Virus record (IMG/VR): IMGVR_UViG_3300037484_000374 | Location: 64,001 to 128,000 of that record | Reading direction: 5' to 3' (one strand) | Source: a virus | DNA: 64,000 nt | Part shown: positions 32,834-43,355 of the stretch, in pieces | Numbering within the stretch: position 1 is the stretch's first letter | How the letters are laid out: each line of letters opens with the position of its first letter | Notes under the pieces: generated by a model | Told to the model about the DNA's origin: nothing | Seen by the model: only the letters and a program-made list of their open reading frames with translations | Databases searched by the model: none | Made by a program: the position numbers and the translations under genes

Positions 32834-33294
32834 TGGCAGAAGATAAAGGAATGGTAATGATCTTGCTTGAAATGAGCAATCTTGAGGTTTTTTTCACAAA
32901 ACCATGTGAAGAAGATGATGGGGGCTTGATATATGGTATAACCTTTGATGATGAAAAAGTCAAGGAACTCGGTTATACAAATGATCAGGTCATCGAGAAG
33001 ATCAACGAGATGGTTGCAGGTCTTGAAGATGGGTCATGGGATATAGAAACAGCAGAAGATAATACCTATATTATAAACCTTCTTGGTGGATTAGAAGAAG
33101 ATAAATAAAGGTATAACATTTAGTTATTGGAAAAAGAGGATTGTTTTGGATGGACACTTCAAAGCAGAGCATGGAAAACCAGCGGAATCCTACATGAAAT
33201 ATATTCTGCGTTTCCATTTCTTTTATACAAAAGAAAAGCATTTATAGTGTGTCAACTATTTGATTACACACTTGAACTCTAAAGAGGAATAAAT

Positions 33295-33380
33295 GGGGCG
33301 AAGGCTTTCTACCAACACAATAGTATTGAAACGTTGCAATCGTGTTGCTTGAGTTCGAATCTCAAGACCCCCCCCCTTCA
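33295..33380 (+). pseudogene. Degenerate tRNA-like sequence, possibly Cys(GCA)
   Basis: Intact T-arm CTTGAG-TTCGAAT-CTCAAG and ACG-TTGCAAT-CGT anticodon arm; poor D-arm and acceptor, no CCA. Confidence 0.4.
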
Positions 33381-33804
33381 TATTAATTTAAGTATAGGAA
33401 ATTATCATGGATGAAGAAAAATTTGTATGTTGTCGATGTCGGAAAAGTGGAAATGAGAATCTTTCCCTTATTCTTGTCAGAAATGAGTTTTCTGAGATCA
33501 TTGCAAACATTTTTGTATGTGATGTATGTGGTGAGCATCTTTCCAGAAAGACATGTGAGTTGAGGTTCGGAACCGCTGACATGGAAACAATAGGAGTATT
33601 ACAATAATGGATGATGTAAGGTGTATAAAATTTTTCTGTAAAAAATGTGGTAAAGAAATCTTTCAGGATATCAAATATTCTTGGGAGTCATTGGCAGGTA
33701 TAGCATCAAAATGTGTCTGTGCCGATTGTACTGTGAAGTCTATAAAAAATGTATAAGTTTTATATAAATACTCTTATAGAGAATAATAATAGGAGTAGTT
33801 TAAT

Positions 33805-35433
33805 ATGAGACTGAAAAGACATTTAATACTTGAGAATGTTTCCAAGCAAGAGATTGATGATGCTCTTAAAAATAAAAATATCATTATAGGCTGCGAGTTC
33901 GAGTTTATTCATAACGATCTTCCAGAAGAAGGTGTTAGTGATTTTGTATCTACTGTATATGAACCAGCATATAATGCATGGCAACAATACCAAAAAGAGG
34001 TATATACATATAAAAAACAAGAAGAATTGTTCTGGAAAGAGATCAACAAGGAAGAGAAGAGATTAGAAGCAGAAGTCCTTGTAATTGATAATATAATAGA
34101 GAGACAGAATGAATTAGATAAAAACAGTGATGAGTGGAATAAGCTGGAAGTTGGGGTTAAAAAACTCAAAAAAAAATATGATAAAAAAGTTAAGGAACTC
34201 GAAGAAAGACGTGACAACTCATATGAAGAGTTAGACGGGTATTGGCCAGAAATAGATACTGATTACATGCAATATTGGGAAAAGACAACAGGTGATATTC
34301 CAGATGGAATATCAACAAACTCCCAAAAAGGCAAATGGTTTGCCACAGACGCACCGGATGATTTTTCAATACCTGAACCAGATATTGTGGGTTGGGGGAG
34401 TGTGCCAGGTGATGATGAATGGCAAAGTCAAGTCGAGGAACTTAATTGGTCAAGCGCACCTTTCAAAGATTATGAAATTGGTGATTATGGTCAGATTGTT
34501 CAGAAATTAGGTGATACTAAATGGGCTATTGAAGCAGATAAAACTCTTGGATATCAAGGCATTGAAGTAAAATCTCCACCAACAAATTTACCAAAAGCCA
34601 TTGATGATATTGAAAAGATGTTTAAATATATCAACAAACAAGGCTATACAGATAATAGAACGGGGTTTCATGTTCATATGAGTGTCAAGGGTATAAATAA
34701 CCTTGAAGATAAACTCGACCCGGTTAAACTTTTGATGTTCATGGATGAGGGTTTTATATGGAAACATTTCGCTGACAGGGTGAGTAATATCTTTGCCATG
34801 TCAATGAAGGACAAGTTTAAGAACGAGGGTGATATTAGACCAAATGATTTCAGTAAACTGGTAGACAAAAAGAAATTAAAAACTAAAATGACCGCCGAAC
34901 ATTTCGATGCTATCAACCTCAGTAAATGGCAACAGGGTCATATAGAATTCAGATATATGGGTGGTCGAGACTACCATAAAAAGTTTAATGAAGTGAAAGC
35001 CATTATTGGTCAGTACTCTCACAATATTTCACTGGCATTAGACCCTGAGTTTAAAAAGAAAGAATACCTTCTTAAAATTCAGCGTATCGCTAATAAGATG
35101 GAACTTTATAAAATGGAAAAAATGCTTGAATGGTATCGGCATGTTAGCCAATATACAAAGGATTTAGATAAATCATTTAAAAACCTCAAGCTGGTGTTAA
35201 AGAAGAGGATGAGAGAGATCGAGAATTATATAACCTCTTTAAAGAAAACATATAAGATCAATGACCGTGAACATATGTTATTGGGAAATAATAAGGGGTT
35301 TACCTACGGTATCGAAGATGATATCAAGAAAGATATAAGTAAAATTATAGATAAATGGGAAGATATTTTACCAGTAAGCTATATGAACGACATAATGCCG
35401 TTTATAGGAATGAGAATCTTGAAGAACAGATAA
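33805..35433 (+). CDS. Putative amidoligase (COOH-NH2 ligase type 2), late
   Basis: IGCEFEF, IEADKTL...GIEVKSPP, TGFHVHMS, HIEFRYMGG; late promoter at 33763. Confidence 0.8.
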   Translation: MRLKRHLILENVSKQEIDDALKNKNIIIGCEFEFIHNDLPEEGVSDFVSTVYEPAYNAWQQYQKEVYTYKKQEELFWKEINKEEKRLEAEVLVIDNIIERQNELDKNSDEWNKLEVGVKKLKKKYDKKVKELEERRDNSYEELDGYWPEIDTDYMQYWEKTTGDIPDGISTNSQKGKWFATDAPDDFSIPEPDIVGWGSVPGDDEWQSQVEELNWSSAPFKDYEIGDYGQIVQKLGDTKWAIEADKTLGYQGIEVKSPPTNLPKAIDDIEKMFKYINKQGYTDNRTGFHVHMSVKGINNLEDKLDPVKLLMFMDEGFIWKHFADRVSNIFAMSMKDKFKNEGDIRPNDFSKLVDKKKLKTKMTAEHFDAINLSKWQQGHIEFRYMGGRDYHKKFNEVKAIIGQYSHNISLALDPEFKKKEYLLKIQRIANKMELYKMEKMLEWYRHVSQYTKDLDKSFKNLKLVLKKRMREIENYITSLKKTYKINDREHMLLGNNKGFTYGIEDDIKKDISKIIDKWEDILPVSYMNDIMPFIGMRILKNR

Positions 35434-35689
35434 AAAAGGGGAAAAATGTAATGCCGTTATGCCAAACCTGCCAAAAACTGTACGCACCAGAACTTTTACA
35501 TGTCAAAGAAAACAATAGTATAGAGTGTTCATTCTGTAAAGCAGGAAAGGACACATTGACAATCACCGATAAAAATGGTAAAGTATTAAAAAGGATTACA
35601 AAACAAGAAACCAGTGGAGCATATGCCCAGTTTCTAAAAGAAATGGCACTTAGACCAAATGTACAAAAGTTAATTAATCGAGAATAAAA

Positions 35690-36202
35690 ATGGAAGATGT
35701 TATAGTCTTAAATGCCGATCATTCCTTCATAAACAGAGTGTCGTGGCAGAAAGCTATTTCCCTTATATATAAAGGAAAGGCCGAACCAGCGGCGTTGTCG
35801 GACAAAACCATATATAATTTTGGTAGAACATACAGTATCGTTGTTCCTAAGATTATTCGTTTAGTTAAGATGGTAAAGGATTTGTTCAAAGCCAAAGCAC
35901 CATACAGCAAAAAGAATGTATTTCTAAGGGATAAATGCACCTGTATGTATTGTAATACTATAATGACTGTTGGTAGTTGCACTATAGACCATGTTTTCCC
36001 AAGTTCTCTTGGTGGAAAAACATCATGGGAAAACTGTGTGACAGCCTGTAAGAAATGTAATAACAAAAAGGGTGATTCCCTACTTCATGAAACAGGTATG
36101 GCCCTTAGAAGAAAGCCTTATCATCCTACAATACATGAGTTCTATTTAATGTTTGTGAGGTTTCATGGGATAGACAAGATCATTGAAGAGGTTATTGGCT
36201 AA
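35690..36202 (+). CDS. HNH endonuclease (McrA-like)
   Basis: VLNAD, NVFLRDKCTCMYC, TIDHVFPSSLGG..SWENCVTACKKCN..KG. Confidence 0.9.
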   Translation: MEDVIVLNADHSFINRVSWQKAISLIYKGKAEPAALSDKTIYNFGRTYSIVVPKIIRLVKMVKDLFKAKAPYSKKNVFLRDKCTCMYCNTIMTVGSCTIDHVFPSSLGGKTSWENCVTACKKCNNKKGDSLLHETGMALRRKPYHPTIHEFYLMFVRFHGIDKIIEEVIG

Positions 36203-36515
36203 ACATGACAGGTAAGAGAATATTATAAACAAGAATTGGTAAAGAAAACATCGCGAGAATGTGATAGGTGTGGGTGTAAAAGCAATATCAGACAATGCGT
36301 TGGGTGTGGCGATGATGTGTGTAGATCATGCAGGAGTTTCATAGATATCGATCCATGGACAGGGGTTAACAATGACGACTATCCAGAACCCATATGTAAA
36401 AAATGTGATGTAAAACTCATACCGTATGCTCACATGGCCGAGAGAATTTTAGATGATGCATTTGAAGAAACAGAAAGACTAAAACTTGAATGGCGAGAGA
36501 GTTGTAAGAAAGAAT

Positions 36516-37421
36516 ATGTCCAAGAAACACACATATGAATTTGTAAAAGAACATATCGAGTCTTTTGGATATAAACTTTTGAGTGATACTTATAAAAACG
36601 CACATGGTAAATTAGAATTCCAATGCTCGAAGGGACATGAATTTAGTATGAAATTTACCAGTTTTAAAAACAATGCCCAAAGATGTCCAGAGTGTTTTGG
36701 AACACCTAAACACACATATGAATTTGTAAAAGAACATATCGAGTCTTTTGGGTATAAACTTTTGAGTAAAGAATATGTTAGTATCAAATATAAACTAAAG
36801 CTGGAGTGTCCAGAAGGACATGTTATAGAAATGAGGTTTGGTAACTTTAAAAATGTAAATTCAAGATGTAACATATGTGCTGGCCATGAGAAACATACAT
36901 ATGAATATATCAAAGAACGATTTGAAGAAGAGGGATATACTCTCTTATCAAAGAAATATAAGAACAATAAAACACCTTTAAAAACAATTTGTCCAGAAGG
37001 ACATAATCATAGTATACCATATGGTAGGTTTAGGGGCGGTGATAGGTGTATGGTTTGTAGTATAGAATCATCGTCATCAAAAACAGAGCAAGAAATATAT
37101 GGTTTTGTAAAACAAATATATGATGGTGATGTAATTTCAAATGATAGGACTCAGATTGTCAATCCAGAAACAGGATGTGGTCTTGAGTTGGATATTTGGC
37201 TTCCAGAATTAAATAAGGCAATAGAATTCAACGGTGTTTATTGGCACTCATTTTGTGATGTGAAACGAAAAGACAAAATTAAAAAACAACAATGTAAAGA
37301 AAAAGAAATAAGTCTCATGTTGATCCATGAACAGGATTGGATTAACAACAAAGAAAACTGTTTAAACAAAATAAAGGAATTTGTGGATGTCGAATCAACT
37401 AAAGAAGTTAAAGAAATCTAA
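36516..37421 (+). CDS. Zinc-ribbon-repeat PD-(D/E)xK nuclease, paralog of 16199-17260
   Basis: Three repeats plus ELDIWLPELNKAIEFNGVYWHS; a ~44-nt stretch is identical to the 16199 copy. Confidence 0.8.
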   Translation: MSKKHTYEFVKEHIESFGYKLLSDTYKNAHGKLEFQCSKGHEFSMKFTSFKNNAQRCPECFGTPKHTYEFVKEHIESFGYKLLSKEYVSIKYKLKLECPEGHVIEMRFGNFKNVNSRCNICAGHEKHTYEYIKERFEEEGYTLLSKKYKNNKTPLKTICPEGHNHSIPYGRFRGGDRCMVCSIESSSSKTEQEIYGFVKQIYDGDVISNDRTQIVNPETGCGLELDIWLPELNKAIEFNGVYWHSFCDVKRKDKIKKQQCKEKEISLMLIHEQDWINNKENCLNKIKEFVDVESTKEVKEI

Positions 37422-38505
37422 AGAGTCAACCAACAAAGCGATCACAGCACCAGCGAATATTCAGATGCACAGCTATATTGGTGATTATCAGGGATGTGGA
37501 ACCATCAGAATTATATACCCACACATGCTATTAAACCAATGGCGTGATAAAACTAACGTTAGTGTTTGTGCAAGTCATAATTCTGCATTTATAAATGACC
37601 CAAATTTCTACAATCGACTTCTGTGTATTCAATTCCAGAGAGCAATAACTGATCAACAGCTACAGATGATCCAGTGGTTTTCACATAACCTTGGAAGGTC
37701 TACCAAGACACCAATTCTTTATGAAAGCGATGATGATTTATTGAATATTTCGAAATGGAATTTCGCCTTTGATTATTACCAACCTTACCTTAAAAATCTT
37801 CCTAAGATTTTGGGGCTTTGTGCTGGTGTGACGGTTTCTACGGAACCTTTGAAACAACTATACTCAAAGTATAATAAGAATATCGTTGTCATACCAAATC
37901 ACCTTCCCAAAGCAATTTGGGGCAATATTCCAGAAAACAAACCAGAGAATGAGAAACCAAGAATTCTTTGGGGTGGAAGCGCAAACCATTTTTCGAGAAA
38001 GAAAGGTATGCAGGGTGGTGATTTCAGTATAGAACTTATAGATTTCATTAAGAAAACAACAGACAAATATGAATGGAATTTTATTGGCTCCATGCCGATG
38101 GAACTTGAAGAATTAAAAGATAAAATCAAAGCCCATCCTTGGCAGACCACTTTCGGTTATGCCAATTTTGTAAAGTCATTAAATATCGATATCGGTATTG
38201 CGCCGCTAGAAGATAACGAGTTTAACAAATCAAAATCAAATATCAAGATGTTGGAGTATACCGCCGCTGGTATAGCCAGTGTGTACTCTGATGTTTACCC
38301 ATACAAGGGTGCTAAGAATATATGTTCTACTACAGAATATATGATTGACAGAATAGAAGCCCTTGCCGCAAATGCTGATCTCAGAAAGGAAACAATACAA
38401 CACGACTACGAATTGGTAAAAGATAATCTCTATTGGGAAGAAAATGATAACCTAAGAAAGTATGTTAATGCATATTTAGGGTTATTTAAATTAACTTTAC
38501 CTTAA
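37387..38505 (+). CDS. GT-B (GT4-like) glycosyltransferase
   Basis: GCGTIRI..P, YESDDDL, VSTEPL, IPNHLP, DIGIAPLEDNEFNKSKSNIKMLEY. Confidence 0.85.
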   Translation: MSNQLKKLKKSKESTNKAITAPANIQMHSYIGDYQGCGTIRIIYPHMLLNQWRDKTNVSVCASHNSAFINDPNFYNRLLCIQFQRAITDQQLQMIQWFSHNLGRSTKTPILYESDDDLLNISKWNFAFDYYQPYLKNLPKILGLCAGVTVSTEPLKQLYSKYNKNIVVIPNHLPKAIWGNIPENKPENEKPRILWGGSANHFSRKKGMQGGDFSIELIDFIKKTTDKYEWNFIGSMPMELEELKDKIKAHPWQTTFGYANFVKSLNIDIGIAPLEDNEFNKSKSNIKMLEYTAAGIASVYSDVYPYKGAKNICSTTEYMIDRIEALAANADLRKETIQHDYELVKDNLYWEENDNLRKYVNAYLGLFKLTLP

Positions 38506-38998
38506 AGAGAGGTTTACATATCATACTTTATGATATATAATACTTCTATATGAGATAAACTTATTAATCATATAGAGAGGATAAGACGATGGATGAAGTT
38601 GACAAGTTAGTATTACTGGCAGATTTAGGTCAAACGCTCTGTGAGTTGAATCATGGCCCCGCCACAAAAAAAGAAGATTTCCCAGCCACAAACTATATCA
38701 CCATTCCTATGGGGTTCAAGGAGAATGGTGTAGTTGAGAACGCAGTTCGTGAGATGGTTATACCGATCTGTGATGAGTGTATGAAAGGATTACAAAGTAA
38801 ACTATGGACGTTGTTATATTGCTTTGAGTGTACCAGTAGTCAATGGATATACAGGCCACTGGCAAAGATGGCATATCGGCATGATATTATATGGTTGCGT
38901 GGATGTCCAGATTGCGGTGGAAAGTTTGGTGGTGTTTATTTTAATGATAACGATATTCTACATTCCGTAGCAAATATGTTAATGTAAAAGGGATAAAA

Positions 38999-39553
38999 AT
39001 GACTTGTATTATTGGATACGTTGATGATGATGGTAGTGTTATTATAGGTGGTGATTCGGCTGGTATCGATGGGTTGGATTACACTCTAAGGAAAGACTCT
39101 AAAGTTTTCCAGAACGCAAGTATGATATTTGGTTATACAAGTTCATTCAGAATGGGGCAGTTACTACGATTCAACCTCGTAGTTCCAAGTCATCCAGCAG
39201 GAATGGATGATTATGAATATATGTGTACCAAATTTATCGATGCCGTGATAGATTGTTTTAAAGAAAATGGGTATGCGAGTATCAAAGAAAATAGTGTATC
39301 CGGTGGTGTGTTTTTAGTAGGCTACAGGAAAAGACTCTACCAAATAGATTCTGATTTTCAAGTAGGTGAGAGCTTGGATTCTTTTAATGCATGTGGGTGT
39401 GGTGAGGATTATGCCAAAGGTGCTATGAGGATTTTAACTGAAAATAAAGAACTATTAGAATTTAGTGGACATGGGATGGTATTATCAGCACTTAAATCAG
39501 TGGAGTCCTTTTGCGCTGGTGTTAAGGGGCCGTTTAATATGGTAAAAATTTAA
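38999..39553 (+). CDS. HslV/proteasome-beta-like Ntn hydrolase
   Basis: N-terminal (M)TCIIG...GGDS, KVF, and a GCGEDYAKGA motif. Confidence 0.75.
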   Translation: MTCIIGYVDDDGSVIIGGDSAGIDGLDYTLRKDSKVFQNASMIFGYTSSFRMGQLLRFNLVVPSHPAGMDDYEYMCTKFIDAVIDCFKENGYASIKENSVSGGVFLVGYRKRLYQIDSDFQVGESLDSFNACGCGEDYAKGAMRILTENKELLEFSGHGMVLSALKSVESFCAGVKGPFNMVKI

Positions 39554-39781
39554 ATAGTATTTTATTAATTTAGATTTGGAGAAATGTTATGACAGGACAA
39601 ATTTTGCATCCAGGCGAAACCCCCATGGGAGATGACGATATGTTATTCCATGACATGACCTACCTTGTGAACGGCAGGGTAACCAGACTCAACACATATG
39701 GTCGTTGTGGTGTTGTGAAACGCGAACTTGGCGTTCGTGATATCAGATGGTGCAATACCAGACGTAGGTGTCGCTAATACA

Positions 39782-40399
39782 ATGTTATACACTGATTGGG
39801 ACATTTACGTTGCATTTAGGAACGCACAGGGCACTGCCAATGATAGAGGGTATCGCTTACCAAAAGATTGGAGTGCCCAACGTGCCAAAATGAAAAAAAC
39901 AAGTCTGGAATATCTTGATAGAACAGTTGGTATTTTTAACACTGCTTTGTCAAATATCGATATTGACAAATATATGAAGTGCGGGTTTGAAATATTCAAA
40001 ACTTTCAACTACCATATGTTCCTCAATAAAAAAGTCCTGAACTTGTATATTCAAAGGGATAAGATCGAGAAACGGAGTATACTGGTCAACAAGGAAAAGA
40101 TAGTTGAGAGTGTTAGGTTCATAAAGAATTATATGAAAGGTGTTGAAAATCGTAAAGGTTATAATACCTTAGAAACATATTGTAAATTAAGAGAGGGTAG
40201 CCAGAAGGTTGTTATTGGTCACTATAAAAAAGGACACATAGATAATATTACTATGGTATACTTCATAAACAATGGATATTTAGTGCTCGATGACGACGAA
40301 AGACATCAAGTGATCTATCTTATAAATCGATACAGAGATTTTATAGAGGTTCTAAAAACTGTAAAATCCTTTCTTACAAAAGTAGAGGTTGAGATATGA
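39782..40399 (+). CDS. Hypothetical protein (possibly replication-associated)
   Basis: 205-aa ORF upstream of gp32. Confidence 0.5.
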   Translation: MLYTDWDIYVAFRNAQGTANDRGYRLPKDWSAQRAKMKKTSLEYLDRTVGIFNTALSNIDIDKYMKCGFEIFKTFNYHMFLNKKVLNLYIQRDKIEKRSILVNKEKIVESVRFIKNYMKGVENRKGYNTLETYCKLREGSQKVVIGHYKKGHIDNITMVYFINNGYLVLDDDERHQVIYLINRYRDFIEVLKTVKSFLTKVEVEI

Positions 40400-41272
40400 A
40401 AGAATTAGAAGGGAAAAAGGTATATTTAAGACCCACAGGAAATAATACCAGACGAGAAATTATAGAGTTACAGGTCATATACCCTGAGTGTCAAGGCATA
40501 TACTCATTTCCGAGGATGGTGCCTTTGTCCTTTTGTGTTTTAGAGAAATAGAACAAACAAATATAGATGCGGGGCAGTTAGGTGAAATTTAAATACTGGA
40601 TATCTTGGATAATATTCCCATGGATACCTATGAGTTGGGAAAGCAAGACAGGTACTTTGAGATGTTCAATAGCACATTGGGCTAATAAGAATTTCCAGAA
40701 TTATGTATTCGTCAAATGTGGACAACCAAATAGGGCGAGAGAATGAGCAAAAAAGAACAAGGTGAATACCTCGAAAAGAGGAAAGAAAAGAAGTCGGAAG
40801 TAGAGGAACAAATGCTCTATGGTAATGATGAAACTATTTCCGAGAAGAAAAAGAAGCAAGGGGAGTATGAGGAGAAAACCTTAAATGAATAATCCATTAT
40901 TGGGGGAACCCCTGTGTTGGTTGAACATCTCATTCACATTTATTCTCATGGTTCTATTGGCGAAGCATGATGCCAAGTGGGTATCAGAAGACCCATTTTG
41001 GGTGTGTGTCACAAAGAATATGTTGGCTATGATTGTATTCTATTTGTTCATGTGTGTTGGTTTCTTTACATGTGTACAACCAATGGATATGGGAACAGTT
41101 ACCGTTATGCCAAACATCGAGAGAATGGTTGATGTACGATAAATTAAAGAAACTTTTGGAGATTAGGTTTACAAAAGGGCATAAATAGTGTATAATTTAA
41201 CATACTACGGTAATACTCATAATTCAATAGTGAATTACAGTAAAAAACAGTAAAAACAGTAGGAGAAATGGA

Positions 41273-42319
41273 ATGAGTAAATGGGTAGACGAAGAAAAGT
41301 ATAATGATTTTGCAGGGAAAAAGGAACAGGAGAAAGAAAAACAAGAGTCGGGGGAAGGTCAGCAAGGGTTTGCTAAAAAATTCAGACCATCTATGGGTTC
41401 AGCAGAGAAACCAAAAGAATACGAAATTCGTTTTCTTCCTGATACAGATGGTAGATTTTATGAAGAATATTTCTATCATGGATTCTATGTTGGTGAGTCA
41501 TTCAAATTCATCGGTTGTGAAAAAAATAAGGGTCTTGACAAATATTGCCCGTGGTGTGGAATCACTCAGATTCTATATCAGGGATCGGCCAATGACAAAA
41601 AGAAAGCCGGTGATTACAAACGTAAAAATCGATATGTTGGTAACGTTTATGTTATTGATGATCCACGGGATGCAACTATCGAGAACCCAGAATACAAGAA
41701 TTCAAAATCAGTGCGGCTCTATGAATTCCCAGCAACAGTGGAAACAAAACTCAAAAAAGAAGTAACAGATAATAAAAATGGTTACGGGTTGGCAGTGTTT
41801 GATCCTGAAAATGGATACAGTATGTTGCTTTCAATTGGAGCCAAGAAAGCAGATGCTAATAAAAAAGTATGGCCAGATTATGACCAGACCATGTTTGCTC
41901 GTAGACAATCATCCATTGCCGATGGTGCTGAACTCGAAGAGATTATGGCTCAGCGTTATTCTTTAGGTGATTTTATTGAAGCCTTGATGATTACTCCCGA
42001 TGCCCATCGTGAACTTCTTAAATCAGAAATGGTTTATGAAGATGTCGAGAGAGACTTTGAGTTGAAGTTGGGCGGTTTTAATAAACTGACTACCAAAGAC
42101 GAACCAGCAAAGGAACCAGCAAAGGCTTTTGATCCAAATCAGAATGTACCACCAGTAGAAAGTAAACCAGACATGGGTGATGATACTCCTACATATGGAG
42201 CCCCACCACCAAAAACACCCTATCCGATCCAATATGGTGATGATATGGTTGTTGATAGCACAGGGTCATCGGCTCTTAGCGAGGATGATGCGCTGTTGGC
42301 CAGCTTGAGAGATTTATAA
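41273..42319 (+). CDS. gp32: Single-stranded DNA-binding protein gp32
   Basis: IRFLP, YHGF, C...CPWC zinc site, KRK.RYVGNVYVIDDP, FDPENG, acidic tail. Confidence 0.9.
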   Translation: MSKWVDEEKYNDFAGKKEQEKEKQESGEGQQGFAKKFRPSMGSAEKPKEYEIRFLPDTDGRFYEEYFYHGFYVGESFKFIGCEKNKGLDKYCPWCGITQILYQGSANDKKKAGDYKRKNRYVGNVYVIDDPRDATIENPEYKNSKSVRLYEFPATVETKLKKEVTDNKNGYGLAVFDPENGYSMLLSIGAKKADANKKVWPDYDQTMFARRQSSIADGAELEEIMAQRYSLGDFIEALMITPDAHRELLKSEMVYEDVERDFELKLGGFNKLTTKDEPAKEPAKAFDPNQNVPPVESKPDMGDDTPTYGAPPPKTPYPIQYGDDMVVDSTGSSALSEDDALLASLRDL

Positions 42320-42367
42320 TTTAAAATAGTAAATTGGTAAAATGTGAGGTGGTAAAATGTGAGGTGG

Positions 42368-42414
42368 TAAAAAAAAAGGGGGGGGGATACATAGAAATAT
42401 GTTTCCCCCTTTTA
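42368..42414 (+). terminator. Terminator after gp32; related hairpin at 46237-46280
   Basis: A-run/G-run-CATAGAAATATG-C/T-run hairpin found at both sites. Confidence 0.75.
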
Positions 42415-42847
42415 CATTGACAAACGATATAAAATATATAGGTGATTAAGTGAACAAGAAATCGTGTTTTGATTGTAAAAATGCTGTCGTGGTACAAGGA
42501 GATGCATCGGTTGGTATTGGTGGAATATGTATTGATAACTGCCACGCACAATTAACAGAAGACCAGATGGAAGCATGTGAAGACTGTGATTGGATAGAAT
42601 ATAAATGTCCAGCAAAATGTGGTCACTTTGAACATATTATGGTTGAAGTGTGTGCCGAGTGTAAAAAAGAAATGAATACCCCATTACATGAAGTAGAGTA
42701 TTATGGGGTTGAATATGTTGATATTCCGGTATGTTCGGTGGAATGTAAAATCAAGTTTGATGAGACAGTTGGAAAAAAAATTAAAGAATATTAAAATAAT
42801 TTAGAAAAAATTTGAAAACTTATATAAATACAAATAGAGAAACTATT

Positions 42848-42925
42848 ATGAAAAACACAAAAACGACCTCGACATCCAGTAAACCAAGTAACCCCAATCA
42901 TAGTGATTGGCCGGTGTACGTGTAG
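42848..42925 (+). CDS. Putative attenuator leader peptide 1 (MKNTKTTSTSSKPSNPNHSDWPVYV)
   Basis: Starts 18 nt after late promoter 42823-42830; its stop codon overlaps the antiterminator strand; codons match the cluster-1 tRNAs. Confidence 0.75.
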   Translation: MKNTKTTSTSSKPSNPNHSDWPVYV

Positions 42926-42988
42926 AATTCTCTAAAGTAATGTTGTAACCATAAAGGGGAGAATCTACAAAGGTTTTTCCCTTTTTTT
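42921..42988 (+). promoter_or_regulatory. Attenuator 1: antiterminator (42921-42933 pairs 42958-42969) versus 14-bp terminator (42953-42984 plus U-tract)
   Basis: Base-pairing read directly from the sequence; the terminator ends 13 nt before the first tRNA. Confidence 0.8.
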
Positions 42989-43001
42989 GTGGAAAAAATA
43001 T

Positions 43002-43077
43002 GGGGTGGTGGTTCAGTAGTAGAGCACAAGGTTGAAGTCCTTGGATAGCGGGGCGCGATTCTCCTCACCCCTGACCA
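43002..43077 (+). tRNA. tRNA-Phe(GAA), degenerate T-loop and acceptor
   Basis: CAAGG-TTGAAGT-CCTTG; T-loop CGCGATT; CCA end. Confidence 0.65.
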
Positions 43078-43091
43078 AAAATTGAATATAT

Positions 43092-43174
43092 AGATTGTAC
43101 CGCCATGGGGCAAACTGCTTTTGAACGGCATGGGTGGGTGAAACCACGGGGTTCGATTCCTCTACTTTCTGCCA
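43092..43174 (+). tRNA. tRNA-Ser(TGA), atypical 8/4-like fold
   Basis: TGCT-TTTGAAC-GGCA, long variable arm GTGG...CCAC, G73, CCA. Confidence 0.7.
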
Positions 43175-43181
43175 AGAATAT

Positions 43182-43268
43182 AGTAGATTGACCGAGCGGC
43201 AAGGTATCTGGTTGCTAACCAGCAGTAAGGGTGACACCTCACAGGTTCGAATCCTGTATCTACTGCCA
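43182..43268 (+). tRNA. tRNA-Ser(GCT)
   Basis: AGTAGAT/ATCTACT acceptor, CTGG-TTGCTAA-CCAG, long variable arm, G73 CCA. Confidence 0.92.
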
Positions 43269-43281
43269 GAAATAAATGTAT

Positions 43282-43355
43282 GGGGGTGTAACTTAGTGGC
43301 AAAGTAACTGGCTTTTAACCAGTAAACGGGGGTTCGATTCTCCTCACCCCCACCA
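43282..43355 (+). tRNA. tRNA-Lys(TTT)
   Basis: Canonical cloverleaf; ACTGG-CTTTTAA-CCAGT. Confidence 0.93.

Noticed and set aside
16199-37421. Diversity-generating retroelement TR/VR pairs among the repeated nuclease sequences
   Set aside because: No reverse transcriptase in the window, and I saw no adenine-specific mismatch pattern; paralogy explains the repeats.
43092-43174. tRNA-Sec or opal suppressor
   Set aside because: It has an 8-bp acceptor and a long arm, but the anticodon reads TGA (Ser), not TCA.
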